DNA from: Chiloscyllium plagiosum
Lineage: Eukaryota
DNA length: 64,000 nt
Assembly (NCBI RefSeq): GCF_004010195.1
Contig: NC_057719.1
Location: 61,852,987 to 61,916,986 of the forward strand
Direction of reading: 5' to 3'
Part shown: one piece after another, positions 39,727 through 51,962 of the stretch
Layout of the letters: every line of letters begins with the position of its first letter
Position numbering within the stretch: the first letter of the stretch is position 1
Notes under the pieces: generated by a model
The model's input: only the letters and a program-made list of their open reading frames with translations
The model's database searches: none
Told to the model about the DNA's origin: nothing
Position numbers and translations under genes: made by a program

Positions 39727-42700
39727 CTTTTTGTTTGGTTTTTGTGACTTTGGTTTTGCTGGCTTCTTGTCTTTTCTATGCCTCCTTACATCATCAACTT
39801 CTGGATCAGATGCAATAGCAGGGTTATCAATGCCTGCTTTCCCACAATTTTCTGGGGACAGTAAAGGATCTTCCTCACTTCCGCGATGATTTTTTCCTTT
39901 CTTTGGTTTTCGTGAGGAAGAAGGCACGGTTTCATCATCACTAACCTCAAAGCGCTCTCTCCTTCTGTAGTATAGTCTAGCCTTTCTAAAAAGTGTCTTA
40001 GATTTGTATTTATATTTTGAAGGCTTCCGTGTTATTGGTGGCTTTGATGATCTATCAATTAATCCATTTTCTTCCTCACCTTGAGAATTATTTCCCCCAA
40101 TTAAATTTGGCTTTCTTGCAATCTTGGTATTCTTAGAGTCCTGGGGAGTTGAATATATTTCATCATCCACTTTGGGTTTTAATACAGCATCTTTTGGAAC
40201 AGAATAATTATCAGATGGATCTAAATCATCCAGATAGCCAAAAGGTCCACGATTGTGTCTCTTTGGATTCTTACCAATAACCTGTTCAATAGTTTTTACA
40301 AGATTTGGATCAAGTTTTCTCACATCATGCCTCAAAATCGCAGGTTTAGGTTTAATAGGTGGAGGCACTTTATGGTTATCATGATTAACAACTGGACTGC
40401 TATGAACTGGATACTCAGTTCCTTCAAAATCTGGTCGATGTTTGGAACGATCACTTGATGATGGAAGCAATTGTACCTCGTCCCCAATAGGGCTATAAGG
40501 TGGAGGTGCTTCATTGTCATCTTCAGAATCTGGATAATAATTATAAGTTGGAGAACTTGCCCGAGGAGATAAAGAAAGGTCTTCACTAACATTTGTGGAT
40601 TCTCTAGTGCTATCATATATATACGAATTTTCAATGCTATTTTTCTTCTCAAGAACATCGCTGAAGAATGGCGTAAATACTTCTGTCTGCCGATGATATT
40701 GTGATAAAGAATATATAGCAGTGAACTTTGCAGATATCTCAGTTGCTATATGCTCACCCTCCGTCATCAGCTCCTTAATTGCTTCACTTTCAAAAAAGTC
40801 AGCTTGACTGTCAGTAACTGCCACAAGCTGAACTGGAATAACATCTTGAACTTCGGCCAAAAATGCACGGAGCATTGCCATGGATGCCTTTCGTTTTGCT
40901 GAATAAACTAGGATATATCCATGTACTAACTCATCCTTCCTAACACAAATCGATGAGTGGTATGAAAGTATTGTAATCTGAATTCGTTTGCGTTTTTCAC
41001 CAATAATCTTCTCCAGAAGGAGTGAGTTATTGTGACCAGGTTGAGTAGCACTACAAAACTGTGATTCCAAAAAAGGTGAAAGAATTATGTCAACATTAAA
41101 TGGATCTCCACACATGGCACACATGACAATTCTCAAGTCAGCTTCTGATGGATCTTTATTATTGGGCAAGGGACTAACAATATTCAAATTGTGTTTCAAT
41201 GCATCAAGAAGTCCTCGAAGAGCTTGTTTTATTTGTAATTCATGAAATTTGCGAGTATAGGTTCCAGAAGGTACATCAACAAAAGGACACTGTAACTTGT
41301 TAGCAAGTTGCTGCCCTTGTAGTTTTAAAATAGGCAAGTTCTTGCAACCAATGTCTCTCTGGTTTGCTAATATTAGTGTAAATGGAAGATTGGTTATAAT
41401 CCTGCCCTTCCTGTTTGGGGGTGTTTCACTTCTTATTCGTTCTATGCAATCTGCCAACCCACTAAATGACTCTGTAGAGTTGTAGACACAGAAATATCCA
41501 TGAGGTTGATTGGTCAATGTTAAGCCAGACATCACAAAAGTGCTAAGATCAATTGGTTGAAGGTCCAGTTCATAAATCTTACCATCCAAAGTGTACTCAT
41601 CATCGGTACATTGAGCTCGAATCTCATTGGCTAGTTCTTGTGCAAGCCCATCCCGACCCAAGAGAACAAGGTTAAGTTTGTCAATATTGGCACTATCCTG
41701 ATATGTGTTTGGCCGGTTGTTATCAAACTCTATCAGATTAGTAGAAAGCAACTGTTCTACTTTAATGTCCATGCAATTTTGGCTACTTAGACAGGTTTCT
41801 TTAGTTGGATGATACACAAATCCTATGTGCTTTAGTAACAGAGATTCCCGATCCGGTGCAAGCTTTTGTAAAGCTCTGTACCTTGGTTCTTCACTCAGAA
41901 CAGTATTGATTTCACTCATTTTGGGTGTTGCATTAAGATCCAGATCATAAAAAAGTTCAGAGTGTTCAAAAAGCATTTCTTGGAATTCTTCTTTTGCTTT
42001 TTCAACTATTTCTTGCTGATGTCTACTATAAACCTCTCGACGGTCAGCATCAGTTATGAATTTAAAAGCTTCATTGTCCATGACAAAGCACATAACCTCC
42101 TCCCAGGGCTTACCAGGTGTAATGAATTGTACCTTTTCAAGATGTTTTTTAAACTTCTCCTTCATTTCAATCCTTCTCCTCTCAGAAATTAAATGTTGCA
42201 CATGATTGTGGTATACTTTTTCTCCTTCTGATGTACTAAGCAGATCAAAGGGAAGTCTTTTATCATTCATATTATCAATGTGGTCAGTTTCATCCCATGG
42301 TGTTTTTTCCAGTACAATAAACCAGAGTGGAAAGTTAGACCTTTGTTCCAAAACACTTTGAGCTTCCGACCAGGTCAAGTGCTCAATTTCTTCAAGCTCG
42401 GGAAGCAACGCATTAAGGGCTTTTGGTAATAAAGCTATATATTCTTCCCGTCGCTTTTTAATATGTTCCTGTTTGAGTTGCTCAATGTGCTTAGAAAAAG
42501 TATTTTTTGCCTTCTTTGACCCCTCTAAAGTTATGTACTCTTCATAATCAGGGTGGTTTTTCAACTTATTACTCACAGCTTTCCACTCTGAATGATAATC
42601 TTTCACTGCCTGAACAATTAACTTTTCAAACTTATCTGTCGCTGAAGCAACAAGTTGTCTCTGCTGCTTATAAGCGTCCAGATATGGAATAATCTTCGGT

Positions 42701-43455
42701 TTGCCCCGTGTCTTATCCAATAACTGGATTAAGGTAGCAAAACACAAATCCACATTCACATGAAAACGGGCTGACGTTTCCACTACAGGCATATTCTTCT
42801 TATTTGTTGCAAAAGCCTGCACCTCCCGTAGGTAGTGATCAACACATTCATCACATTTTGTTGCTGCTATAACAACAGGTTTTTTTGTTTTAGCCAACTG
42901 AGCAACAAGATTATTTACAAACTTAAGCTGATCATCAAATTTCCTATTGCAACCTTTACTTACGTCAATGCATAAGAGGAAGCCATCAATGGTCAGTTTT
43001 CCATCTGGCATCTGCTTTTGCTCAAAGTCTTGCTCTAAACCCAACTGATCAGTACAAATATACATCAACTTCTCTGCTGACTGTAATTTTGATGCAGCTG
43101 CTCGTTTTATATATAGTTGTAAATTTGTGCTTCGATGAGGCAGAAAAGTTTGGTCATCAATAAATTCAGTCTGTTCAATTATTTGTACTTTATATTCAGT
43201 TCCTTCTTCACTTGTGTGATTTACATCACCCCAGAACAGAAAATGGTCATTGTTGACAACACGGCCTCCAAAGTCAATTGTGCTGAGTACTGAGGTATGC
43301 TCTGGGTAATAATCATCAGCTTTTGGGTGCACATATCGATTGCACAAACAAGACTTTCCAACACCACTTGTACCTTTCTCCTTCTCTGTTCCAGATAGTC
43401 CCACCACACTAATATTATACGTTGGGGGACGCAGTTCTTTGTTTTTTGCCATCAT
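39727..43455 (-). CDS. ARHGAP5: p190B RhoGAP, giant first coding exon (N-terminal GTPase domain, FF repeats, pseudoGTPase middle domains, YxxP region)
   Basis: 1264-aa ORF begins MMAKNKELRPPTYNISVVGLSGTEKEKG...GVGKSCLCNR, recognisable as p190B. Donor AAG|GTAAGT at 39727/39726 (phase 0), so the last 21 codons of the ORF are intronic. Confidence 0.97.
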
Positions 43456-43629
43456 ATTTCTCCACTCATCCCATTACATTTTAAGAGAGCATTGGAAAGT
43501 GCTTCTTATTCTGTAGTGACCCCAGACAAAGTGCATCTGCTCAGGACCAGTCAACTTCAATTCCATCTCATCGAAAATGCATTTGGTCCTCAATTTTATT
43601 TTTATCCATAGCTTCTCAAAATTTAATTT
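43456..43629 (-). other. ARHGAP5: 5'UTR portion of ARHGAP5 exon 2
   Basis: Pyrimidine-rich tract and acceptor ttgtttgttttaaaCAG| at 43632-43630, 174 nt upstream of the ATG. Confidence 0.7.
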
Positions 43630-44939
43630 CTGTTTAAAACAAACAAGACAATTAGCTGAAAAGTGCAAACAATTCAGTAAAATGATAGTCTCAAAGAACA
43701 AACTAGTCATTAGATACGAACATCCATTCAATGTCAATTGGATAAATAAGTGCATGAAAATTAGCTAATCTGCAAAAAGCCCTGAACAAACTTTACAGCT
43801 AACAACTTGATTGTTCATTTTTTGCATTGCTTCAACGTACATCTGATGTTGCCGTGACATGTGAAAATATGATCCTCCATTCAACTAACAGATCCAGAGC
43901 AGTCAGACAAAACAAATCCAAATTAACCTTTAAACACTCAAATAATAAAAAGTATAATAAAGCATTTCAATGGAATTTCCATTGCACTTAAAAACATTTT
44001 AATTACATTACCACTTGTTAGTAAATACTGAAAAGCTCATTTAGGTTTTTATTTGAACGTTCCAAACTTGTGATAACTGAAAAATGCATAAGCACATAGA
44101 GCATAGTTGTAGTCAATAATTATCTGAGATAGCCGGACGTCGAATTCTGTACAGATCCAATTTACATGCACTGTAAATTCATCACTTAAATTTTCCTTCC
44201 CCATTTGATAGATTCAGATTATGGAACAAACTACCAAAAAAAACTATCATACCGGATGAACTAAACGAGCCTCAGATTATAAATTACACGGACTGCTGCG
44301 GCAATTTCACCGCAGACAAAATGTATAAATTCCATCGACTTCTCTGTGCATTATTCAACCTAGTATATAATAATTTATAAAAACACCTTGCATCATTTCA
44401 CGGGACTAACGATGACAGATTTGACCCGATCAGAATAAGAGATCAAATAAAATCAGAGTGCATAAATGACACTTAACATTTCTCAGATTCGCTTTTCGAC
44501 CATTTTAAGGAACATGATTTAAAGGCAGCAAAAATAAAAAAATCTCAATTTACTTAGCACTGGGCATTCCAATGTCATCTCCTGCAGGCATCTTCAACAG
44601 GCCTCGCACCCTCCCCCAGGATAAGCAAAAATCCAGAATCCTTATGCTATATTTTTATGAATCAAATAAACGCGAATTCCAAATCAGTTACATCACCATT
44701 TTGCTCGATCTATAATTCTTTAAACTATTTTAGAACATTTTAATCTGTACAGTTGAAGAACGGATCATACTGCCCTATCCGCCGCTCCCCACCATCACCA
44801 CTCCTTCAACTAAAAGGGGAAAAAACTATAAAGCAACAGACAAAATCAATGCTTTAAAACAATTGCGACACTGGGAGAGTTGAGAAGGAGGAGGTTGGTT
44901 GCCAAGTGTTCCTATTAACCTCCTCACCCCACCCCCAAG

Positions 44940-45560
44940 CTGACGATCCCTCCATTGTATCCGGAATTTCCCCTTACCCAACATGGTCGCTGCCAGGTTC
45001 TCGGCGGCCTGGCACGGCCCGACTCACTCCTCCACCTCGGCAAACCAGGATTAACAGGGCAGTGCTTCGCTCTCGCGCTCCCACTGCCGCCTCTTCTCCT
45101 ATTTATTGTAATTTTTCAACTCTCTCCATTTGAACAATTTCCATTAAAAATAACAGACATACAAGTCTACAGCGGCTCAGCTCGGGGAACCAAGTTTTTC
45201 TTAATCTCTCCGCCTTCCTCTTAACTGAGGACGAGGACAAATCCAAATCTATATCCAAATCTATATCCAAATCCAAATGAGCTGAAATGGCGGATACCGT
45301 CGGCACAACTTTTGCTGCTATTTAGGTTACTAAAGCAAACTCGCCCCTGCCGTCCGCTACTCTCTTCTCCGTCCCTGCCCCCTCCGCAAACAACGACACG
45401 ATACGGGAGCCGGGGCCGCGACGACAGCGTCCCTTCCAACGGCAACCTCGCTCGGCGTCCTGACGCCAGCACGTACCAGGTCGGGCGCAATGACGCAGCG
45501 TGAGGGCGCGCGAGCAGGAATGTGACCGTTGCTCCTCCCACTTGCGCCGATGGGAGATGG
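44940..45560 (-). promoter_or_regulatory. CpG-island-like promoter of ARHGAP5
   Basis: Dense CpGs in unique sequence; YY1-like CCGCCATTT on minus (45285-45293); half-CRE TGACG at 45461 and 45491; GCGCGCG near 45506. Confidence 0.75.
45163..45330 (-). other. ARHGAP5: Putative non-coding exon 1 of ARHGAP5
   Basis: Candidate donor |GTATGT at 45162-45157 just downstream of the CpG-rich segment; the start position is a guess. Confidence 0.45.
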
Positions 45561-47045
45561 TGGAGTTTCGCTCTGAGTGTTAGTACTGGGCACAGGCAAA
45601 AAATGTCTGCTACATGGGAAGCAGAAGAAACAGAAAACCCAACTACAGTATTCTCATTCTGCCGAAGCCAGGGCTTGAGGTCAAGTGGACATAGTGTAGC
45701 AAGTTAGCGCACCTTCCATGCTAAGTGCGACGTGGCAGAGATTGAAGACTGAGTTTAGGTTCAACAAACTCATCGCTGAATATTAATGACGGAAGGTCAC
45801 AAGATCTAACATTAACCCTGTTTTCTCGCTATGAATGATACCTGGCCAGATTTGTGTTTCCATTAACTTGATGATTTTACTTTGCTTACTGCGAGCAAAA
45901 ATGCAGCAACCGATTGTATTGATATTTAAAGCCAAAACCTGCTAGTGGTTAGTTGTAAGCTTCTTTTAAAATCAGTTAATGTTATTGTGGTTTGTTTGAA
46001 CCTGTTCATCTATGCTATTTCACTTGCCTTATTTCATGTATAAAGTTACTATTGTTAAGAATACTAACTTCTCCACAGGTTGAATGCACCCAATCTCTTT
46101 ATAACTTGAATCACATATTTCTTATTGCCTTGGTGGTTTTTCATCATTACGTTTGTGTCTAACTTTAAACTCAGACTTAATTTTGAGGTCCCATGTTCCC
46201 TACTCTCAACACCTCAATGGTGGTCCTGGCTGCATTCCTGCTGTTTGCATCAATTTATTGCTTGGAGTTGTGTTAATTGCAGTAAGCCCAGACCTACACA
46301 TTGATCATAGAAGTGCTACTTTAGAGAACACCCCGCTACCTGAATGACTGGCAGTCTTGCATTCCACCCAGGCCACTGCTGACAGTACAAGCAGTCTCAA
46401 TGAAAAGAATGTAGACTAAAAAGTAAGTCCTGTGTATCCTGAGCCAGGCTAGGAAAGGGGATACATAACTGATTCAAGAGGGCAAATGGGAAGTATCAAC
46501 TTTGGTTTGAATGGAGCCTGCCTCCTTTGGGCTCAGGGGACTTGCAAAGGAAATTATCTCCACTTTCCCAGCACCAACTTGAGTAACTGAAGCTGCTGGA
46601 CTTTCTGCACTATATAGGGTTCACTCCCCCCCCCAATGACTTACGTTACCTATAAACTTTCGGATGGTCAATGATAGGTAGGATGATGGGGGAAGGCGAC
46701 CTGCAGAATATTGAGCCCTCTGTCGTCAATCTGCTGGTAAGTAAGTGTAAAATGCAACCTGTGGTTTTTGCCTCTGGTTATCCTGAGTCATCTAAAACAA
46801 AGTTTTACTCTTTGCAATTATCTTCAGTCATAGGCAAATGAATCTTTGCCCTAGGAATGTGATTAAATGTTTGTTTTTAAATTAAACAATATGTTGTTGA
46901 CTGTGGAATTGTTTTCTAAGAGAATAGAAAGAAAAACATAGAAATACTGCCTAACTTGTCACCTACTCAATACTTATGGAAAGCTTTCTTGTTCAAGCTA
47001 AAATCACACAACTCCAGGTTATAGTCCAACAGGTTTATTTGGAGG

Positions 47046-47080
47046 TACTAGCTTTCGGAGTGCTGCTCCTTCATCAGGTA
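47046..47080 (-). ncRNA. Minimal hammerhead ribozyme motif, intact core
   Basis: Minus strand TAC-CTGATGA-A-GGAG-cagca-CTCC-GAAA-GC-TA|GTA: 3-bp stem I, 4-bp stem II, palindromic AGCT stem III. Confidence 0.8.
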
Positions 47081-47703
47081 GCTAGTGGGGCAGTCATAAG
47101 ACACAGAATTTCTCACACAAGGTCACAGTGTCATGCAACTGAAATGATATATTAAACAAACCTAGATTGCTATTAAGTCTTTCAGCTTTTAAAATGGGTT
47201 GCAGGTTTCGATTCATTAATATGTTAAATCCCAGAACTTCTTTTAAGTCACATTCCTGAGATGACTTCAGGTTTTAAGAAAAACAATGACATCTCAGCTC
47301 ATGCAATACATCAATTGTGTGAGGTTAGAATCAGTATGTATTTCAACCTCTATAGAACCAGTCTGACTCAAGGTTGGAATACATACAGATGCTAACCTCC
47401 CACAGTTAATGCATTAATTGAATTGCGATGTCACTTTTTAAAAATAAAACCTTCAAGTTATCTTGGGTATGTGAATTGAAAGAAGTTCTGGGATTTATAT
47501 ATTAATGAATCAAAACCTGCAATCCATTCTAAAATTTGGAAGACTTAACAACAATTTTGATTTATTCACTATATCATTTAAGTTGCATGACACTTTTATG
47601 CAATAAATTCTGTATCTTATGATCCTGCCCTACCAGATACCTGACAAAGGAGCAACACTCAAAGCTAGTACCTCCAAATAAACCTGTTGGACGATAACCT
47701 GGT

Positions 47704-47995
47704 TCTGAATGCAGGTTTGCTCGCTGAGCTGGAAGGTTCATTTACAGACGTTCCGTCACCATACTAGGTGACATCTTCAGTGAGCCTCCAGACGAAACAC
47801 TGCTGATGAAAATGACATCGCCAACCCAAAGAAACCCAAACATATAAATAGAAAGCAGGAATCATCAGCAGTGCTTCATCTGGAGACTCACTGAAGATGT
47901 TACCTCGCATGGTGACGGAACTTCTGAAAATGGAACTTCCAGCTCAGCGAGCAAACCTACATCCAGAACCTCAATCTGAGCTACAAATCATCGCT
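47704..47995. mobile_element. Nested fold-back PLE mini-element, family C
   Basis: Inverted arms ~47701-47809 / ~47861-47970; 25-nt tail; imperfect TSD ATAAC(C/G)TGGT at 47694-47703 and 47996-48005; hammerhead-like CTGAAGA..GGAAC in both arms. Confidence 0.85.
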
Positions 47996-48759
47996 ATAAC
48001 GTGGTGTTGTGATTTTTAACTTTGTCCACTCCAGTCCAACACCGGCACCTCCTCATCATTGTTCAAGCTCGGTTGAGTGGTGAATCAGCTGCCTCTTTTT
48101 CAACCTCATTAATTGGCCCCAATAAAGATCTCATGTTCTTGTTGCATGCGGCTATACCTCTATCATGAAGTGTGGTTGCCAATGTCTGTCTATAAGGAAC
48201 CATATACAAACTTTGAGTGCAAAAGCAATTTTATTATCTGCAAATTCTGAGAAAAATAATAAATTAGGCATAAATACAAAGCTATAATTTTAAAGTGTAT
48301 GGGACAAAAGGAGGATGAAGGGAACAGGCTATTTAAAGTTCTTAGGTTGTCCTTGAGACATAAAGATGTTAACCTGCAACTACGGGTGATGTCTTGTATC
48401 CTCAGTAACAGTGAATATTGTAGATTTTGCTAAGTTCTTGGTGTCTGGATGTTCCTGCTTAATTTGTGTTGTCATCAGGTGCTTTGACCTTTTGAGAAAC
48501 AGAGTGTGAAAGAACTTTCTGCAATCACAAATCCATCAAACTGCTGAAAGCAGTTCCTTGAAATAAAGCTGGTTTATGTATTTCAATGTCTGAGTTCATT
48601 ATTTCAAAGCTTGGCAATTGCAGGTGACATCTTTTAATGCCAACACAAAAAAACAAATCATAGAGGTGTAAATTACAAGGGGATATGAGTGTTTCTTCAC
48701 ACCTGATGAATTTGCCTTTTAATAAAAATATTAATACTAATTTTACTTTTTCAAGAGAA

Positions 48760-51300
48760 CATGAGAAAAAAGGAGTGAGAGGAGGTAATTCAGCTCTTTG
48801 ACCCTGCAACTGCATTGTTTTCTTGCACTATCCCTACATCCCTTGAGATTTTTTAAGTGTAGAAATCTTAGTCTTGAGCCAACAAACAAAGCTCCACAAC
48901 CCCTGAGATAGAGATTTCCAAAGCTTCACCTTAGTGGAAAAAAAACTCACTTAATTCTTAAATGACCTATTTCTTGTTCCGAGTCTCTGTCCCCTGCTTT
49001 TATACCTCCTCTCCTGCCAGGCAAGACGTCCTTTCTGCATTTACCAGGTCAATTCTCTAAGAGTTTTGTAAGTTTGAAAGAGATCACCCCTCATTCTTTG
49101 GAAACTCCTGTCTAATCTTTAATCTTTCTTGAGAGGATAATTCCTTCATTCTATGAATTAATTCAGTGAACCTTCGTAGTTCTCCCTCAATGGCATGTAT
49201 AGCATGGGTAAGGAGAGCAAAACTCCTTACAGTACTCCGAAGTATGGTCTCACCAAGGCTAATTTCTTAACTCGTATTCAAATTCTGTGTAATAAAAACC
49301 AGGATACATTTTCTTTTTTCAATTGCTTCATTTCAAACAGCATGGTTGGCCTATGGTCAACTGATCAGCTACTTTATGTCAAATTTTCCTTTTTTAAGCT
49401 ATTTCAGTCCATGAAAGTCTCAACTATTAAAATCAGATGTTGATATGCATACTTTCATTATAATGACAGTTTTTCACCACAAGGAAGTAACATGAATAAT
49501 ATTTTATACCTCTTGTATACTGTGAGCATTAGTCACAAAGTCAATTAAGTAACAATGCAAAATTGGGACAGCAACATTTTATATTCTTTTCATTCTAATC
49601 TACATTTAAAGCCTGTTTTGGAAAGAGCAGTCAGATATATGCGCTGAATTGTGTTACCTGTATGAGTTTTAACCCTTTACTGCATAGTTCTATAATCAAT
49701 CTAATGGCTTCAAGCACTTTATCAAATTTGATTTCTAGGAGGTTTGTGGGTGGTAATCTGATGTATACCTCCTTTAGAATGTCAGGACTTGTATCATTCT
49801 CATTTTACTTTACAACAACTCAATTAGATTGATTGAAGTTTGAATCTTGGTCCTGTAACTTTGATCCATTTAGTATTGCATCACTGGTATTTCCTTGGTG
49901 ATCTCCACTGGTGGCATCTGCTGTGCAATATTCTCTCACCACTTCCATTTGTTTTGGAAATGAGTTTCCACTTATGCTAGTACTTACCCTGAATCACAAA
50001 ATTGTTATGGTGCAGCAGGAGGTCATTCAGCCTGTAGTATCTATGCCAATACTTCAAACAAGCAGCATAAAATAAATCCAGACACCTGATCTTTCCCCAG
50101 ACTCTTGTATACTATTTCTATCCAAATAACCATTCAAAGCCCTCTTGAATGCCTCAGTTGAACTTGCCCACACCACATTTCCAGGTAGTTCATTCCAGAT
50201 TCTCTTGTGAAAACTTTTTTTTTCTAGTATTACCTTGCTTCTTACACACATCACCATATAAATATCCTCTCATTCTTGTTCTTTTTATGAATTTTTAGGT
50301 ACTTTATCGAGCCTACTCATGATTTTGAAAATCATTACCTTATCTCCTCTCAACCTTCTCTTCAAGGATAACAGTTCCAGCTTCTTAAATCTATCCTCAT
50401 AATTAAATTTCTCATTCCTGAAACCATTCTTGTAAACTGCTTCTGCAGTCTCTCCCATGTATTTGCATCTTTGATTTAATGTGGCACCCACATTGCAAAT
50501 TTAACATCATCTCCTTCCTCCTGTACTCTATGCCTCTCTTCATAAAGCTGAGGACATGACATGCTTTATGAATTGCTATTCCCACTTGACCTGTCATCTT
50601 TAATGAACTATGCACAAATATACGCGGGTCCCTTTGCTCCTGCATCCCTTTTATAATTGATAACATAGTGCATCACCTGAATTCTCTACATTGAAACTCG
50701 TTTGCCAGCTGTCTGCCCACTTCATCAACTTGTCAATATCCTCTCAGAGTACAACTGTTCTTCTCACAGTTTACAGTTCCTCCGAGTTTTCTTTAAATTT
50801 TAAAATTGTCCCCTGTACAAAAAGATTTGGATCATTAATACATATTAGGAAAAATAAAGATCCCAATTCCAATCCCTGGGGACTTCCACTACAAACCTTC
50901 CTCCAGTCTGAAAAATGTCTATGAACCATTATTGTTTGTTTCCTATGACTCAGCCAATTTTGAACCCATGTTGCTATTGTCCATTTTATACCATGACCCC
51001 TTGTTAATTTTGAATCCTTGTAGTGACAACATTTCTTCCACTGTGGCTTGAGCAGCATCTTATTTTGTTAAAAGAGATGTGAAATATTCATTTAACATCT
51101 TATTCGTGCCCCATGCCCCCAGATGTAAATCTTTTTGGTCTCTAATTGGCTCTGGTAACTTTAATTATTATTTCACAATTTGCATTCTATAGAATATGTT
51201 GGAATTCCTCTTTATGTTATCTTCTAATCGTTTTTAATAATTTTTCTTTGCTTCTCTTATTTACTTTCATACCTTTTTAGACCTTCAGTATTCCTCTTGG
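48760..51300 (-). mobile_element. Degenerate CR1 LINE fragments
   Basis: ORFs with WVQNWLSHRKQ, SGSPQGLELGSLFFLICIND, RRLRGD and WNELP motifs; probably more than one insertion. Confidence 0.7.
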
Positions 51301-51632
51301 TTCTCAGTTGTATATTTTGCCTTATAGCTGTTATGAGTGCACTGCTATCAGGTGGAAATTCAGTTTCTGCTGCTCCTCTAAGGCTTTTCCAGTAAATGAA
51401 GCTTCATCTTTTACTTTGCCCTGGCTTTCCTAAGAACTTTTCTGGTCTCTCATTAATTTTATCCTGAAGGTATCAGTTAACCAGATTTCTGACTCTGCCC
51501 TGCCATCATTTGTCACTTTCCCAACCATTTCTTGTCTTCTTTTATCGCTATTGGCCTAACTCTAGACCTTTTAATTCATGTTCTCTCCTGACCTATTCTG
51601 AAACTGTTGTTGATTTCAGCCCAGTCTGATAT

Positions 51633-51962
51633 AGCTTAGTGGCTAGCACTGCTGCCTCACAGTGCCAGGGACCCATGTTTGATTCTACCGTTGGGCAACT
51701 GTGTAGAGTTTGCACATTCTCCCCATGTCTGCGTGGGTTTTCTCCAGGTACTCCAGTTTTTTCCCACAGTCCAAAGATGTGCAGGTTAGGCAGACAGGCC
51801 ATGCTATATTGCCCATAGTGTCCAGAGATGTGTTGGTGAGGTGGATTAGCCATAGGAAATGCAAGTTACAGGGATAGAGTAAGTGGGTGGGTGTGGGTGG
51901 GATGTTTTTCATAAACTCAATGAGCAGAAAGGTCTGCTTTCACACTGAAGAGATTCTCTGAT
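51633..51962 (+). mobile_element. HE1-like SINE, near full length
   Basis: tRNA-like head (tagtggctagcactgctgcctcac...gtttgattc) followed by the SINE core. Confidence 0.8.

Larger units (their letters stand above)
47000..48058. mobile_element. Fold-back PLE-type element, family B (~350-bp arms), carrying a nested family C element
   Basis: Left arm 47000-47349 is the imperfect reverse complement of 47371-47703 plus 48006-48017; ~41-nt tail; 11-bp TSD TTGTTCAAGCT at 46989-46999 and 48059-48069. Confidence 0.85.

Noticed and set aside
43474..43755. 93-aa ORF upstream of ARHGAP5
   Set aside because: Crosses the predicted splice acceptor; only the last 30 codons are exonic (treated as a uORF).
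51633..51710. tRNA-like sequences (also 19810, 26460)
   Set aside because: Degenerate SINE/LINE heads without a complete cloverleaf.
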